From Oscillospiraceae bacterium (lineage in GTDB: Bacteria > Bacillota > Clostridia > Oscillospirales > Ruminococcaceae), in assembly GCA_029067895.1 (NCBI GenBank), contig JAIEDQ010000058.1, positions 1,545 to 65,544 of the forward strand: a DNA stretch of 64,000 nucleotides. Direction: 5' to 3'. Below are positions 45,165 to 56,017 of the stretch, piece after piece. Numbering within the stretch: the stretch's first letter is position 1; every line of letters starts with the position of its first letter. The translations under genes were made by a program, and so were the position numbers. Under the pieces are notes generated by a model. That model worked only from the letters and a program-made list of their open reading frames with translations, made no database searches and was not told where the DNA came from.

Positions 45165-45718
45165 TCCGATTCTTCCTCATTTCCGCGCTGTCTGTATAGC
45201 GTGACTTCCGTCTTGCCGTATCTGTAGGTTTTGCTTTTCACGAGTTCTCCGAAGCTTTCCGGAAGCTCCAGACCCTTTTCATGTTCGCACACTGCGATAC
45301 CTCTGTCCGACATATGGCTGCACAGCAAAGGCATTACCTTTTCGATGAGACCCTTTTTGTATGGCGGGTCGATAAAAGCGATATCGAAAGCTTGTCTGCA
45401 CATTCTAAGGTATTGTTCCGCATCGGAGTTCATAACTGTCGATTCGTTACGAAAGCCCGCGGCGGCGATATTTTCTTTAGCGGTCTCAACCGAAACTCGG
45501 GAGCTGTCAACGAAAACGCAGGATTTAGCTCCGCGTGAAAGTGCCTCTATTCCCAGCTGACCCGAACCTGCGAACAGATCAAGCACGGCTGAGCCTGCAA
45601 GATCGAACTGTACAACAGAAAAAACGGCCTCCTTGACTTTATCGGCAGTGGGACGCACGTCCAGTCCCGCCGGAGCGGAAAGCCGTCTGCCTCTTGCAGA
45701 GCCGGTTATAACACGCAT
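45161..45718 (-). CDS. rsmD: 16S rRNA (guanine966-N2)-methyltransferase
   Basis: MRVITGSARGRRL...RPTADKVKEAVF...LDLFAGSGQLGIEALSRGA...DPPY. Internal Met behind AGGAAGGA. Confidence 0.9.
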   Translation of the reverse strand: MRVITGSARGRRLSAPAGLDVRPTADKVKEAVFSVVQFDLAGSAVLDLFAGSGQLGIEALSRGAKSCVFVDSSRVSVETAKENIAAAGFRNESTVMNSDAEQYLRMCRQAFDIAFIDPPYKKGLIEKVMPLLCSHMSDRGIAVCEHEKGLELPESFGELVKSKTYRYGKTEVTLYRQRGNEEESE

Positions 45719-45895
45719 GGCAAAAATCCTTCCTAAAAAACTTCCTGTAAGCAATAATTATACATTATTTTGCCCGATTTGTAAAGGCATATTGTAAATA
45801 TTAAATGTTAATTTTTTCTAAAGCAAAAGTCCGCAAAACCCCCTTTGAAGTTCTGCGAACTTTAATTTCGGTTTTAAACTGCAAGCACGAAAGCT

Positions 45896-47815
45896 TTACA
45901 CCTGGAAAATCGCGATCCTGTCGCGGAGAGTTGTAGCCTGAGCATTCAGCTCCTCGCAGCTTGCGGCGCTTTCCTGAGCGGTAGCGCTGTTCATGGAAAT
46001 AACCTCGGAAATGCTGTCGATCTCCGACTTGATAAGCTGTACGGACTCCGCCTGCTTGGTCGTCTGATTTGCAATACTTTCGATAAGGTTGTTGGTCTCG
46101 TTGGTGATCTCGATAACCTGCGCCATAGCGTCGGCAGTGCTGTGAGCTATTTCGGAGCCGTTGTTTACTGCCTCGATACAGCTTCCGATAAGCGCAGACG
46201 TGTTGCTTGCAGCCTCCGCAGACTTGTTTGCAAGATTGCGCACCTCATCCGCAACAACGGCAAAGCCCTTGCCTGCCGCACCCGCGCGCGCAGCCTCAAC
46301 AGCGGCGTTAAGCGCAAGAATGTTGGTCTGGAAAGCAATATCCTCGATAGCCTTGATAATCTTGCTGATCTCGGCGGCGCTGTTTTCGATATTTGTCATA
46401 GCCGAAAGCATATGCTCGATCTGCTCGTTCTGACTGTTTACCATGTCGATCGAATTGTTGGAAAGAGCCTTTGCTTTCTCGGCATTCTGAGCGTTAAGCT
46501 GGATATTCTGAGTTATCTCCGAAACGGATAAGGACAGCTCCTGTGACGACGACGCCTGACGGGTAGTACCCTCCGCAAGGCTGACCGAGCCGTTTGAGAT
46601 CATGGTTGAGCCGTTATATACCTCGTCCGCGGAAGCATTGATGCCCTCCACAACGTTGCGCATCTGCTTTTTCAGTATCTTGTTCGATTCGGCGATTCCC
46701 GCGAAGTCACCCTTATACTCTATATCCGAGTAGTAGCTGAAGTTGCCCTTCGACATTTCCTTCATCATCATTGCGATATCGGTAACGTAAACGTTAAGTA
46801 TGGAAACAGCCGTGGAAATCGACTGAGCAACGTCGCCGATTTCGTTGTCCCTGAGTTGCTTGGTAATACCGCTGTTGTTGCTGAGATTTCCCTGCTCCAG
46901 CTGGCGTGCCATTTCCTTAATGGTGTTTACGGGAGTAACGATCTGCCTGTTTACAAAGACAGTAACGCCTGCTACCGCAATACCCATCATTATAAGACCG
47001 ACAATAATTCCGAGAAAGACGGCGCTGTTTCTGCTTTTAATAACGCTGTCCATGGGATAACCCGTAAAGAACGCGCCCTTTATAACCCCGTATTCGTCAA
47101 TGATAGGGGCATATGTAGTCATATAGGTATCACCGAAGAGCTTGGTTTGCTTCTGATAGGTCTCGCCGTTGACAACGACCTTTTCGTATATGTCGGGATT
47201 CATAGTAGTACCTACCGCTCTCTGACCGTCCTCGGCTATGAAAGTGGTGGATATGCGGAGGTCGTCACAGAAGATCGTAGCTTGGCTTTCGGTCTGTTCA
47301 CGCAGCTCGTCTACCGCGGCGGGATCGCTGTAGGAATATCCCACAATAGCGGTAATGCCCTTATTCTTGGCGACAGCGCGGTAATAAAGCGATATCTCGC
47401 TGTCGGTGGAAAGACCGTTTTTTGCCGAGCCGATCGCATTGAACACGCCCTCGGAGGAGAGCTGGCAGTTATCCGTTTTCATTGCTATAATACCGTCGCT
47501 GTTAAGGAAAAGAGCAAAAATACCGTTGGATTTACTGATATTGTTCCATGTATTCTGTATTGCGGCAGTGTCGCCGCTTTCCACAGCGTTTACAAAGCTG
47601 TCCTCCTCAACGAGCAGATTGGCAATCATTTCCGCCTCGGAGTTTTTTGAAGCGACCGTATAGCTCAGTATATTAGTTGAAATCTGTGCCGATTCCTTCA
47701 GAGTTTCTATTTGAGCCTTTGAGAACACAGCGCACAGCATAGCTATAACAGTCGTCATAGCAAGAATAAGTATAAAAAATACAGCAGCAAGTGTTGATTT
47801 ACCGATTCTGGACAT
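45896..47815 (-). CDS. Methyl-accepting chemotaxis protein (Cache-like sensor, HAMP, MA domain)
   Basis: Two TM helices flank a periplasmic domain. The signalling hairpin is [37 protein letters not shown]. Promoter TTGACA-17-TATAAT on the minus strand near 47890-47920. Confidence 0.9.
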   Translation of the reverse strand: MSRIGKSTLAAVFFILILAMTTVIAMLCAVFSKAQIETLKESAQISTNILSYTVASKNSEAEMIANLLVEEDSFVNAVESGDTAAIQNTWNNISKSNGIFALFLNSDGIIAMKTDNCQLSSEGVFNAIGSAKNGLSTDSEISLYYRAVAKNKGITAIVGYSYSDPAAVDELREQTESQATIFCDDLRISTTFIAEDGQRAVGTTMNPDIYEKVVVNGETYQKQTKLFGDTYMTTYAPIIDEYGVIKGAFFTGYPMDSVIKSRNSAVFLGIIVGLIMMGIAVAGVTVFVNRQIVTPVNTIKEMARQLEQGNLSNNSGITKQLRDNEIGDVAQSISTAVSILNVYVTDIAMMMKEMSKGNFSYYSDIEYKGDFAGIAESNKILKKQMRNVVEGINASADEVYNGSTMISNGSVSLAEGTTRQASSSQELSLSVSEITQNIQLNAQNAEKAKALSNNSIDMVNSQNEQIEHMLSAMTNIENSAAEISKIIKAIEDIAFQTNILALNAAVEAARAGAAGKGFAVVADEVRNLANKSAEAASNTSALIGSCIEAVNNGSEIAHSTADAMAQVIEITNETNNLIESIANQTTKQAESVQLIKSEIDSISEVISMNSATAQESAASCEELNAQATTLRDRIAIFQV

Positions 47816-48097
47816 AAAATAATGTTCCTTTCATAAAAATCCGCAATGCGGGTTCTGCACATCGCCGTTTGGTTACCCGTATACTATTATACATTTTTTT
47901 AGCTTTTTTGTCAATAAAAACTTTACAGATAATCCCACAGTCAAAGACAAATTTTGCGGCGGTGATTTATAAAAAATGCACAAATTCTGTGCAGTACGGA
48001 AATATTTTTGTTCCGAATTATGCGGCAGGGGCAAAAATATCGGGAACGTCCCCGCGGAACGTTCCCGAAAATGCATTGATAATTAATGACGGTATGC

Positions 48098-49312
48098 TTA
48101 TTTGCCTACATATTCGCCGTTTTCGATAACGGCAACCATAGCGGACTTGTTGGGCTCGCCGTCAGCGGTAAAGCTCATGGAGCCTGTTGCGCCGTCAACG
48201 GAGATCTTTGTCATAGCGTCGATGAGAGCCTCGTTGGAAACGTCGCCGCCTGTTGTTTCAAGCAGAGCCTTGATAACGTATACTCCGTCGTATGCGTCGG
48301 CAGCAAACTGGTCGGGAGTAGCGTTGTAAGCCTTGTTATAGGCGTCAACAAAAGCTGTTACCTTGGGGTTGGAGCTGTTTGCAACGAAAGGTGTAAGGAA
48401 TATCGCGCCCTCGATATTTGCGGTGTTGCCGCCCAGCTGGTTGATAACGCCGTCCCAGCCGTCGCAGCCGAAGTAAGGAAGCTCAACGCCTACAGTTGCA
48501 GCCTGCTCGGAAATGTAGCCGACCTCTGTGTAGTAGATAGGAAGGAACAGGCAGTCAGCGCCGGAGGACTTGATCTTTGTAAGCTGGGTCTTGAAGTCAA
48601 CGTCGCCGCCGGTGAAGCTTTCGTCGGCTACAATTGTCAGACCGCGGGAGCCTGCCTCCTCAACGAACGCGTCGTGGATACCCTTGCTGTAGTCGGAAGC
48701 CACGTCGTAGATGATAGCGGGGCTCTTGAGACCCTGCTCGGAAATATACTGTGCCATCAGCTTGCCCTGAAGCGGGTCTGTGAAGCAGATACGGAAGCTG
48801 TTGGGGTGCTTTGTGCAGTCCATAGCGGAGCCTGAGGGAGTGATCTGGAGAATGCCGTCGTTAACGGATTCCTCGGATACCGCAATGCTGCATCCGCTTG
48901 TTACAGCGCCGAGAATAGCGTTTACCTTAGAGTCCATAAGCTTGTTGTAAGCGGAAACGGATTTTTCCTCGTTGCACTCGTCGTCCTCGAAGAGAAGCTC
49001 AAGCTTCATTCCGTTTACGCCGCCAGCAGCGTTGATCTCGTCAACGGCTACCTGTGCGCCCTGCTTAACGGAAATTCCGTAGGAAGCGGCGTCGCCTGTA
49101 AGAGGACCGATACCGCCGATCTTGAATGTGCCGCCTGCGGAAGAAGAAGCCTCTCCGCCGTCTGCGCTGCTGTTGCCGCCGTTGCCGCTGTTACCGCCGT
49201 CCTGAGCGTCGCCGCCGTCGGAAGAACAGCCTGCAAAGAAAGGCACTGTCATAAAGCCCGCGAGAGCCAATGCAAGGATTTTCTTTGATACTTTCATTTT
49301 GTTGACCTCCAA
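48098..49312 (-). CDS. Lipoprotein solute-binding protein of the branched-chain amino acid (LivJ/Peripla_BP_6) type; no cognate permease or ATPase nearby
   Basis: Lipobox FFAGCSS and a G/S/N-rich tether. FKIGGIGPLTGDAASYG...VNGMKLELLFEDD is typical of LivJ-like proteins. Confidence 0.85.
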   Translation of the reverse strand: MEVNKMKVSKKILALALAGFMTVPFFAGCSSDGGDAQDGGNSGNGGNSSADGGEASSSAGGTFKIGGIGPLTGDAASYGISVKQGAQVAVDEINAAGGVNGMKLELLFEDDECNEEKSVSAYNKLMDSKVNAILGAVTSGCSIAVSEESVNDGILQITPSGSAMDCTKHPNSFRICFTDPLQGKLMAQYISEQGLKSPAIIYDVASDYSKGIHDAFVEEAGSRGLTIVADESFTGGDVDFKTQLTKIKSSGADCLFLPIYYTEVGYISEQAATVGVELPYFGCDGWDGVINQLGGNTANIEGAIFLTPFVANSSNPKVTAFVDAYNKAYNATPDQFAADAYDGVYVIKALLETTGGDVSNEALIDAMTKISVDGATGSMSFTADGEPNKSAMVAVIENGEYVGK

Positions 49313-49664
49313 AAAATATTTTTATATTTTACAATAGATATAATACTTTTTATTTTTAAAAATGTCAATGGGGAAACACGACATAATTTACAGAAAAATT
49401 GCCCTTTGTTTGGTAGGTTTTCACATATTTAAAATTCTTTATTAACAATGTGTTATTTCGGTGTAATGATTTTTTGTAAAACAAATTATTCATTTTCAGC
49501 CTAACACCCGTTTCTGCCCGCAAACGCGTTTGTGAAAATTTACACAATATTGATTTTTTAAATTTGGGAAATTTGGTTGTAATTTCATAAAAGTTGTGCT
49601 ATAATGTTTCATGATAGTATTTGCACCTATCCACGCATTTATTCTCGGAAAGGAACGTATACAA

Positions 49665-52397
49665 ATGATAGAAAAGATCAACCTTTCGGGCACTTCATGG
49701 AGCTTTGCGCTCCGCACAAAGGAGGAGGGTATGCCTGATATTGCGGGCTTTGACTTCGGCGATACGGCAGTGCTGCCCTCTACCGTTCAGCAGGAGAAAA
49801 AGCCTCCCGTCACCGACGAGAGAAGCGACGGCTTTCTCACCGACCCCTACCGCTTTGAGGGCTACGCGGTCTACGGCAGGACGGTGAACGTCTCCCCCAA
49901 AAATCCCGGCAGCGAGGTGTTTCTCGTTCTGGAGCGCACCCGAACTTCCCATGTCTGGGTAAACGGCAAAAGTGCGGGAACTAAAAACAGTCTCTGCACC
50001 GCTCACCGCTATGACATTACAAAGCTCGTCCAAAACGGCGAAAACAGCATTATAATAGTAATAGACAACGTTTCCTGTCCCGTTCCCGGAGGTCACATGA
50101 CCTCTCAGGACACCCAGACCAACTGGCTTGGCATTACGGGAAATATCTTTATCGAGTTCAGAAATCCCCTGCGCTTTGAGAATGTGAGAATTGTTCCCGA
50201 TGTAAAGTCCGAGACCGTTACAGTAAGCGGAAAGATCGTGGGCGGGGACAGCATTTCCCTGACCGCGGAGGTAACGGGCTTCAAGCCGAAAACCGTTACT
50301 GTGACAGCGGAAAATCCCTCCTTTGTGTACGAAATGCCAAAGGCGGAGAAGTGGAGCGAACACAACCCCGTCCCCTATACAATGACTGTAACCTCCGACG
50401 GAGACGCGGTGAAAATTCCTTTCGGTATGCGGGAGTTTGAGACCCGCGGCACGGATTTCCTGCTCAACGGCGAAAAGATACATCTGCGCGGCAAGCACGA
50501 CGGTATGATCTTCCCCATGACGGGAGCTGCTCCTACCAGCACGGAGGGCTGGCTCACCGTTATGAAGACCGCCAAGGAGCACGGTATCAACCACTACCGT
50601 TTCCACACCTGCTGTCCTCCCGACGCGGCTTTCCGTGCGGCAGATCAGTTAGGTATCTACATGGAGCCCGAACTGCCTTTCTGGGGCACTGTGGAGGACG
50701 AGATCACCGAGGGTCAGCAGTACCTTATCGACGAGGGCTTCCGTATTCTGGACGAATTTGCAAACCACCCCTCTTTCTTTGCAATGTCGCTTGGCAACGA
50801 GCTTTGGGGCAGCAAGGAGCGTCTTGACGCTATTCTGGGCGGCTACAAAAAGCACGACCCCCGTCCGCTCTACACGCAGGGGTCGAACAACTTCCAGTTC
50901 TGGCCCTGCGTTCTGGACAACGACGATTTCTTTGTGGGAGTGCGCTTTTCAAGGGAAAGACTTTTCCGCGGCTCTTACGCAATGTGCGACGCGCCCTTGG
51001 GACATATCCAGACCGACGCGCCAAACTCCGACTATACATACGACGAGCATATCCGTCCCGCCTCGGTAAACTCCGAGCAGGGCAGCGGAGGTACTATTGA
51101 GATTCAGTACGGCACAGGTGTCAAGACCGTTTCGGTGGGCGACAGCGGAGAATTTCTCCCAGTCGTTCCCGTGGTGAGCCATGAGGTGGGACAGTACTTC
51201 ATGTACCCCGACTACGGCGAGATACGGAAGTACACAGGCGTGCTTAAACCCTACAATTTAGAGATTTTCCGCGAACGTCTTGAAAATGCGGGACTTGGTA
51301 AGCTTGCGGACAAATATTTCCGCGCTTCGGGACGGTTTGCCGCGGAGTGCTACAAAAACGAGATAGAGACCGCCCTGCGCTCAAAGGAGCTTTCGGGCTT
51401 CCAACTTCTGGACATTCAGGACTTTTCGGGACAGGGTACTGCACTTGTGGGCGTCCTCAACGCCTTTATGGAAAGCAAAGGCGTAATCACCTCCGTGGAG
51501 TGGAGAAGCTTCTGCTCCGACAGGGTAATTTTAGGCTGCCTGCCGAAATTTGTTTTCGCGGCGGGAGAAAAGGTCTCCATGCCTGTAAAGCTTTACCAGT
51601 ACGCGGCAAAAGCCGACACCGACCCCACCGCGGAGATACGTCTCTCCTGCGGCGGCGAGATAGTTTCTGAGTACTCGGTATCCGCAAAGGGCAGCTTCAG
51701 GTGCGGACTTTTCGACCTTGGCACGGCAGAAATAGAGCTTCCTAAGTGCGACAAACCGCAGAAAGTCACGCTCACTATAAATATCAGGGATATTTCAAAC
51801 AAGTACGTGCTTTGGGTTTATCCCGAGGCTGAGGTGTCCGCTCCCGAAAATGTGCTTACAACAAGCGACTGGAAAGCCGCAAAAGCCGCTCTTGCCGAGG
51901 GCGGACGGGTGCTGTTCCTGCCGGCGGGACTTGACGATACCAATTCGATAGAGGGTACATACTGCACAGACTTCTGGAATTACCCCATGTTCCGTTCCAT
52001 ATCCGAGTCAATGAAAAAGCCCGTGCCTGTGGGTACTCTGGGTCTGCTCATAGACAAGAGCCACCCCGCTCTTGCGGAGTTCCCCTCGGAAAGCTACTCC
52101 ACCGCTCAGTGGTACGATATTGTAAGCTGCTCAAGGACGGTGGTTCTGGACGGTCTTGACATTGACCCTATCGTCCGCACCATCGACAACTGCGAACGCA
52201 ATCACAGTCTGGGAACGGTTTTCGAAGTCAAGGCAGGCGGCGGAAAGCTGCTTGTATGCTCTGCCGATTTAAACGCCGGCAAGGACAGCAAGCCCTGCGT
52301 TCAGCTGCTGAAAAGCCTTGCGGACTATGCCGCCTCCGAAGCTTTCACCCCCGCAAAGACAGTCGATATTTCGGAGCTTGACAGGATATTTGAATAA
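49665..52397 (+). CDS. Glycoside hydrolase family 2-like enzyme
   Basis: Start at MIEKINL behind GGAAAGGA. Architecture is a sugar-binding jelly roll, then an Ig-like domain, then a TIM barrel (HLRGKHDG...HGINHYRFHTCCPP...MSLGNELWG). Confidence 0.7.
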   Translation: MIEKINLSGTSWSFALRTKEEGMPDIAGFDFGDTAVLPSTVQQEKKPPVTDERSDGFLTDPYRFEGYAVYGRTVNVSPKNPGSEVFLVLERTRTSHVWVNGKSAGTKNSLCTAHRYDITKLVQNGENSIIIVIDNVSCPVPGGHMTSQDTQTNWLGITGNIFIEFRNPLRFENVRIVPDVKSETVTVSGKIVGGDSISLTAEVTGFKPKTVTVTAENPSFVYEMPKAEKWSEHNPVPYTMTVTSDGDAVKIPFGMREFETRGTDFLLNGEKIHLRGKHDGMIFPMTGAAPTSTEGWLTVMKTAKEHGINHYRFHTCCPPDAAFRAADQLGIYMEPELPFWGTVEDEITEGQQYLIDEGFRILDEFANHPSFFAMSLGNELWGSKERLDAILGGYKKHDPRPLYTQGSNNFQFWPCVLDNDDFFVGVRFSRERLFRGSYAMCDAPLGHIQTDAPNSDYTYDEHIRPASVNSEQGSGGTIEIQYGTGVKTVSVGDSGEFLPVVPVVSHEVGQYFMYPDYGEIRKYTGVLKPYNLEIFRERLENAGLGKLADKYFRASGRFAAECYKNEIETALRSKELSGFQLLDIQDFSGQGTALVGVLNAFMESKGVITSVEWRSFCSDRVILGCLPKFVFAAGEKVSMPVKLYQYAAKADTDPTAEIRLSCGGEIVSEYSVSAKGSFRCGLFDLGTAEIELPKCDKPQKVTLTINIRDISNKYVLWVYPEAEVSAPENVLTTSDWKAAKAALAEGGRVLFLPAGLDDTNSIEGTYCTDFWNYPMFRSISESMKKPVPVGTLGLLIDKSHPALAEFPSESYSTAQWYDIVSCSRTVVLDGLDIDPIVRTIDNCERNHSLGTVFEVKAGGGKLLVCSADLNAGKDSKPCVQLLKSLADYAASEAFTPAKTVDISELDRIFE

Positions 52398-52613
52398 AAT
52401 TCGGAAAACTGCACAAAATTACTGCAAAAAAATTGTAGCAGAATTATAGCGGTTTATGACAAAAAAGGATAATTTTGTTTAATATTACGATTGATTTGCA
52501 TGGCAGAATGTAGTATAATAATATTTATGTAATATATAATGCCTGTATTGTATGCGCACGTTTGCGGAAATGCAATGCGCGCTTAATCCCCTAAAGATTG
52601 GAGAAGATTTTAT

Positions 52614-55010
52614 ATGGTTCCTGTTATTGCTAAGGACGAATTTGAAGAGAGACTCCGAAAGGTACTTCAGACGGAGTACAGCGTTACCCCTGTGGACGCT
52701 TCCGATATGCAGATCTATAAGGCTCTTTCCAAGGTGGTTGTTGAGATACTCCGTGAAAGACGCCGCAAGTTCCGCGCGAAAACTCATTCGGCGGGCAACA
52801 AGGAGATCTACTACCTTTCTATGGAATTCCTTATGGGACGTTCCCTGAAAACCAGCCTGTTCAACCTGAATATCAACGAAATGGTTGCGGATATCTTTAA
52901 GGAATGGGATATCAATCTTGACAGAATTTACGAGTACGAGCCTGACGCAGGTCTGGGCAACGGCGGTCTGGGCAGACTTGCCGCCTGCTATCTGGACGGT
53001 CTCGCTACCGACGGATACCCTGCTATGGGCTACTCTATCCGCTACGAGTACGGTATCTTTAAGCAGAAGATCGAGGAGGGCTGGCAGACAGAGCTCCCCG
53101 ACAACTGGCTCCCCGGCGGCGAAAGCTGGCTGGTACAGAAGTCCGACCGCGTTATCGACGTTCACTTCGAGGGCGATCTGACCGAATACTGGGACGACAA
53201 GTACCACCACATTTCCTACACAAACTACAACACCGTTAAGGCTATACCTTACGATATGTACGTTCCCGGCTACGGCAACGATGCGGTTTCCGTCCTCAGA
53301 TTGTGGCAGGCAGAGGCTCCCTCCTTTGATATGTCAATGTTCAATCAGGGCGACTACGCTAGGGCTCTCAGCCAGAACACCGTTGCTCAGGCTATCTCAA
53401 AGGTTCTGTACCCCAACGACAACCACCTTGAGGGCAAGAGTCTCCGTCTCCGTCAGCAGTACTTTATGTGCGCCGCTTCCGTTGGAGATATCGTTGACAG
53501 ACATATGCGCGTTTACGGCACTCTTGACAACCTCCATGAAAAGGTTGCTATCCACATCAACGACACTCACCCCACACTCGCTATCCCCGAGCTGATGAGA
53601 ATTCTGCTTGACGACTGCGGCTACAGCTGGGCTAAGGCGTGGCACATTGTTACAAATACATTTGCCTATACAAACCACACCGTTCTTGCCGAGGCTCTGG
53701 AGAAGTGGGACGTAAACCTTGTTAAGCAGGTCATTCCACGTATTTTCTCTATCATCGTTGAGATCAACAACCGCTACTGCGCAGACCTTATGGAGCGTCT
53801 TGACGACAGCGCAAAGGTTACGAGAATGTCCATTATCCAGAACAACCAGATACACATGGCTCTGCTCTGCGTATGCGCTTCTCACAGCGTAAACGGCGTT
53901 TCAAAGCTTCACTCCGATATCATCAAGAAGGACGTTTTCAAGAACGAGTACGCCGACACACCCCACAAGTTCAAGAACGTTACCAACGGTATCGCTTACA
54001 GAAGATGGCTGCTCCAGTCCAACCCCGGACTTACCGCTCTGCTTGAAAGCACTATCGGCGACGGCTTCAAGTCAAACGGCGCAGACCTTTACAATTTCAC
54101 AAAATTCGAGAACGACGCAAACGTTATCAAGCGTCTCGGAGAGATCAAAAAGGAAAACAAGGAGCGCTTCGCCAAGTATGTAAAGACAAACTTCGGCACA
54201 GTTCTTAATACCGACGGCATCTTCGACGTTCAGGTAAAGCGTCTCCACGAGTACAAGAGACAGCACCTTAATGTTCTCAACATTATTGCCGAGTACAATT
54301 ACCTGCTGGAAAATCCTGACGCAGACTTCGTTCCCAAGACCTATATCTTCGCGGCAAAGGCTGCTCCCGGATACTACCTTGCAAAGCAGATTATCAAGAT
54401 GATTTGGGCGCTGGGCGAGGAGATCAAGAAAAATCCCAAGATCAGCAAGCAGCTCCAGGTGTTCTTCTTAGAGGACTACCGCGTATCCCTTTCCGAGCTG
54501 CTCATGCCTGCCGCTGAGGTTTCGGAGCAGATCTCCCTCGCGGGCAAGGAGGCTTCGGGTACTGGCAACATGAAGCTCATGCTCAACGGTGCGCTTACGC
54601 TGGGTACTCTTGACGGCGCGAACATCGAGATCAAGGATCAGGTTGGTATCGACAATATCTTCATCTTCGGCATGACCGCCGACGAGGTTCTTGCAAAGCA
54701 GGCTCAGGGATACCGTCCCGAAGAGTACTGCAACAACAACGACGTTATCGACAAGGCTGTCAACAAGATGTACCACGGCATAAACGGCTGCACATTCGAG
54801 GAGGTTGCAAACTCCCTGAAATTCAAGGATCCCTACATGGTTCTTGCGGATTTCGACGCATACCAGTGCGCGCAGCAGTACGTTTCCGAGTGCTACAAGG
54901 ACGCGTCCAAGTGGAACAAGATGTCCCTCCACAATATCGCGGGAGCGGGTATTTTTTCCGCCGACAGAGCGATCGAGGACTACGCAAGCGACATCTGGAA
55001 GCTTAAATAA
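52614..55010 (+). CDS. glgP: Glycogen/alpha-glucan phosphorylase
   Basis: YYLSMEFLMGRSL, GLGNGGLGRLAAC and the PLP-lysine region EASGTGNMKLMLNGALTLGTLDGANIEI. 798 aa. Confidence 0.95.
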   Translation: MVPVIAKDEFEERLRKVLQTEYSVTPVDASDMQIYKALSKVVVEILRERRRKFRAKTHSAGNKEIYYLSMEFLMGRSLKTSLFNLNINEMVADIFKEWDINLDRIYEYEPDAGLGNGGLGRLAACYLDGLATDGYPAMGYSIRYEYGIFKQKIEEGWQTELPDNWLPGGESWLVQKSDRVIDVHFEGDLTEYWDDKYHHISYTNYNTVKAIPYDMYVPGYGNDAVSVLRLWQAEAPSFDMSMFNQGDYARALSQNTVAQAISKVLYPNDNHLEGKSLRLRQQYFMCAASVGDIVDRHMRVYGTLDNLHEKVAIHINDTHPTLAIPELMRILLDDCGYSWAKAWHIVTNTFAYTNHTVLAEALEKWDVNLVKQVIPRIFSIIVEINNRYCADLMERLDDSAKVTRMSIIQNNQIHMALLCVCASHSVNGVSKLHSDIIKKDVFKNEYADTPHKFKNVTNGIAYRRWLLQSNPGLTALLESTIGDGFKSNGADLYNFTKFENDANVIKRLGEIKKENKERFAKYVKTNFGTVLNTDGIFDVQVKRLHEYKRQHLNVLNIIAEYNYLLENPDADFVPKTYIFAAKAAPGYYLAKQIIKMIWALGEEIKKNPKISKQLQVFFLEDYRVSLSELLMPAAEVSEQISLAGKEASGTGNMKLMLNGALTLGTLDGANIEIKDQVGIDNIFIFGMTADEVLAKQAQGYRPEEYCNNNDVIDKAVNKMYHGINGCTFEEVANSLKFKDPYMVLADFDAYQCAQQYVSECYKDASKWNKMSLHNIAGAGIFSADRAIEDYASDIWKLK

Positions 55011-55033
55011 GCAAATTGCCAAATATAAAAATT

Positions 55034-55069
55034 TCCCGCAGTATTCAAAAAGGATACTGCGGGATTTTT
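55034..55069 (+). terminator. glgP terminator
   Basis: TCCCGCAGTAT-loop-ATACTGCGGGA followed by TTTTT. Confidence 0.8.
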
Positions 55070-55090
55070 GTGTGCCCCTTATGTCACAAC

Positions 55091-55163
55091 TTGTTTTTCG
55101 TCTCGGAAATAAAATTTGCCGCCATCACTATAGACGGCGGCATGGGTAAAGGCTCAGCCTTTC
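55091..55163 (-). repeat. Copy 3 (inverted) of the ~75-bp hairpin repeat, overlapping the last codons of tatD
   Basis: The reverse complement reads GAAAGGCTGAGCCTTTACCCATGCCGCCGTCTATAGTGATGGCGGCAAATTTTATTTCCGAGACG.... Confidence 0.75.
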
Positions 55164-55927
55164 ATTTTCCAGAAAAGCTTTAAGGTGTTTTCGGTGGTCT
55201 GCTTCGCCACAAGCTCGGGGGAGACACCCTTGACCTCCGCGATTTTCTCTATTATGTGGACTATCATTCCACTGTCGCAGCGTTTGCCGCGGTTGGGTTC
55301 TGGAGCCATATAGGGACAATCCGTCTCCAGCATAAGCCTGTCCAAGGGGACGACCTCCAGAGCCTCAATTGCTTTTCTTGCGTTTTTGAATGTGAGAACT
55401 CCCGTGAAGCTGATGTTCATTCCCAGAGCAAGCACTTGCTTCGCTGTCTCCGCAGAGCCCGAAAAGCAGTGCATAACGCCGTTTACAGTTCCCCGCTCCC
55501 GCAGGATAGACATGGTGTCCTCAGTCGCGTCACGGGAGTGAATGACCACGGGCAGGGAAAGCTGCTCTGCCAAGTCAAGCTGCTCCTTGAAAATCCGCTT
55601 TTGCAAATCGGGGTCGTAGCCCTCGTAGTGATAGTCAAGTCCTATCTCGCCGATCGCAACAGTTTTTGGTAGGACAGCCCATTTTTTCAGCGTGTCGAGA
55701 TAATCCGCAGGAGTACCCTCCACGTCCTCGGGGTGGATACCCACCGCTGCATACATGAACGGGTACTTTTCGGCGTACTCAACCGAAAGACGCGAGCGTT
55801 CAAGATTGCAGCCCATGTTTACGATATTCCGCACACCCTCGCTGTGCAGACGGTTCAGCAGCTCGTCTCTGTCGGGATCGAACTGCTCCGCGTCGTAGTG
55901 AGCGTGGGAATCTATAAATTCAAGCAT
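55154..55927 (-). CDS. tatD: TatD-family metal-dependent hydrolase
   Basis: IDSHAHYD...; the HxH, E, H, H, D ligand pattern; 257 aa. Confidence 0.9.
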   Translation of the reverse strand: MLEFIDSHAHYDAEQFDPDRDELLNRLHSEGVRNIVNMGCNLERSRLSVEYAEKYPFMYAAVGIHPEDVEGTPADYLDTLKKWAVLPKTVAIGEIGLDYHYEGYDPDLQKRIFKEQLDLAEQLSLPVVIHSRDATEDTMSILRERGTVNGVMHCFSGSAETAKQVLALGMNISFTGVLTFKNARKAIEALEVVPLDRLMLETDCPYMAPEPNRGKRCDSGMIVHIIEKIAEVKGVSPELVAKQTTENTLKLFWKMKG

Positions 55928-55952
55928 TTTTATCAGCCTTTCATAGCAGTTT

Positions 55953-56003
55953 ATCGAAAAGCTCCGCGAAATCTCTGCCTTACAGCAGAACCTCGCGGAG
56001 CTT
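55953..56003 (-). terminator. rpoC terminator
   Basis: A 12-bp stem AAAGCTCCGCGA/TCGCGGAGCTTT with a T-rich run on the minus strand. Confidence 0.6.
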
Positions 56004-56017
56004 TAGTGCGTCAAAAA

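Noticed and set aside
47869-48129. 86-aa + strand ORF, and the small ORFs at 49365..49717, in AT-rich intergenic regions
   Set aside because: They span promoter and terminator elements of the flanking genes, have no RBS and show implausible composition.
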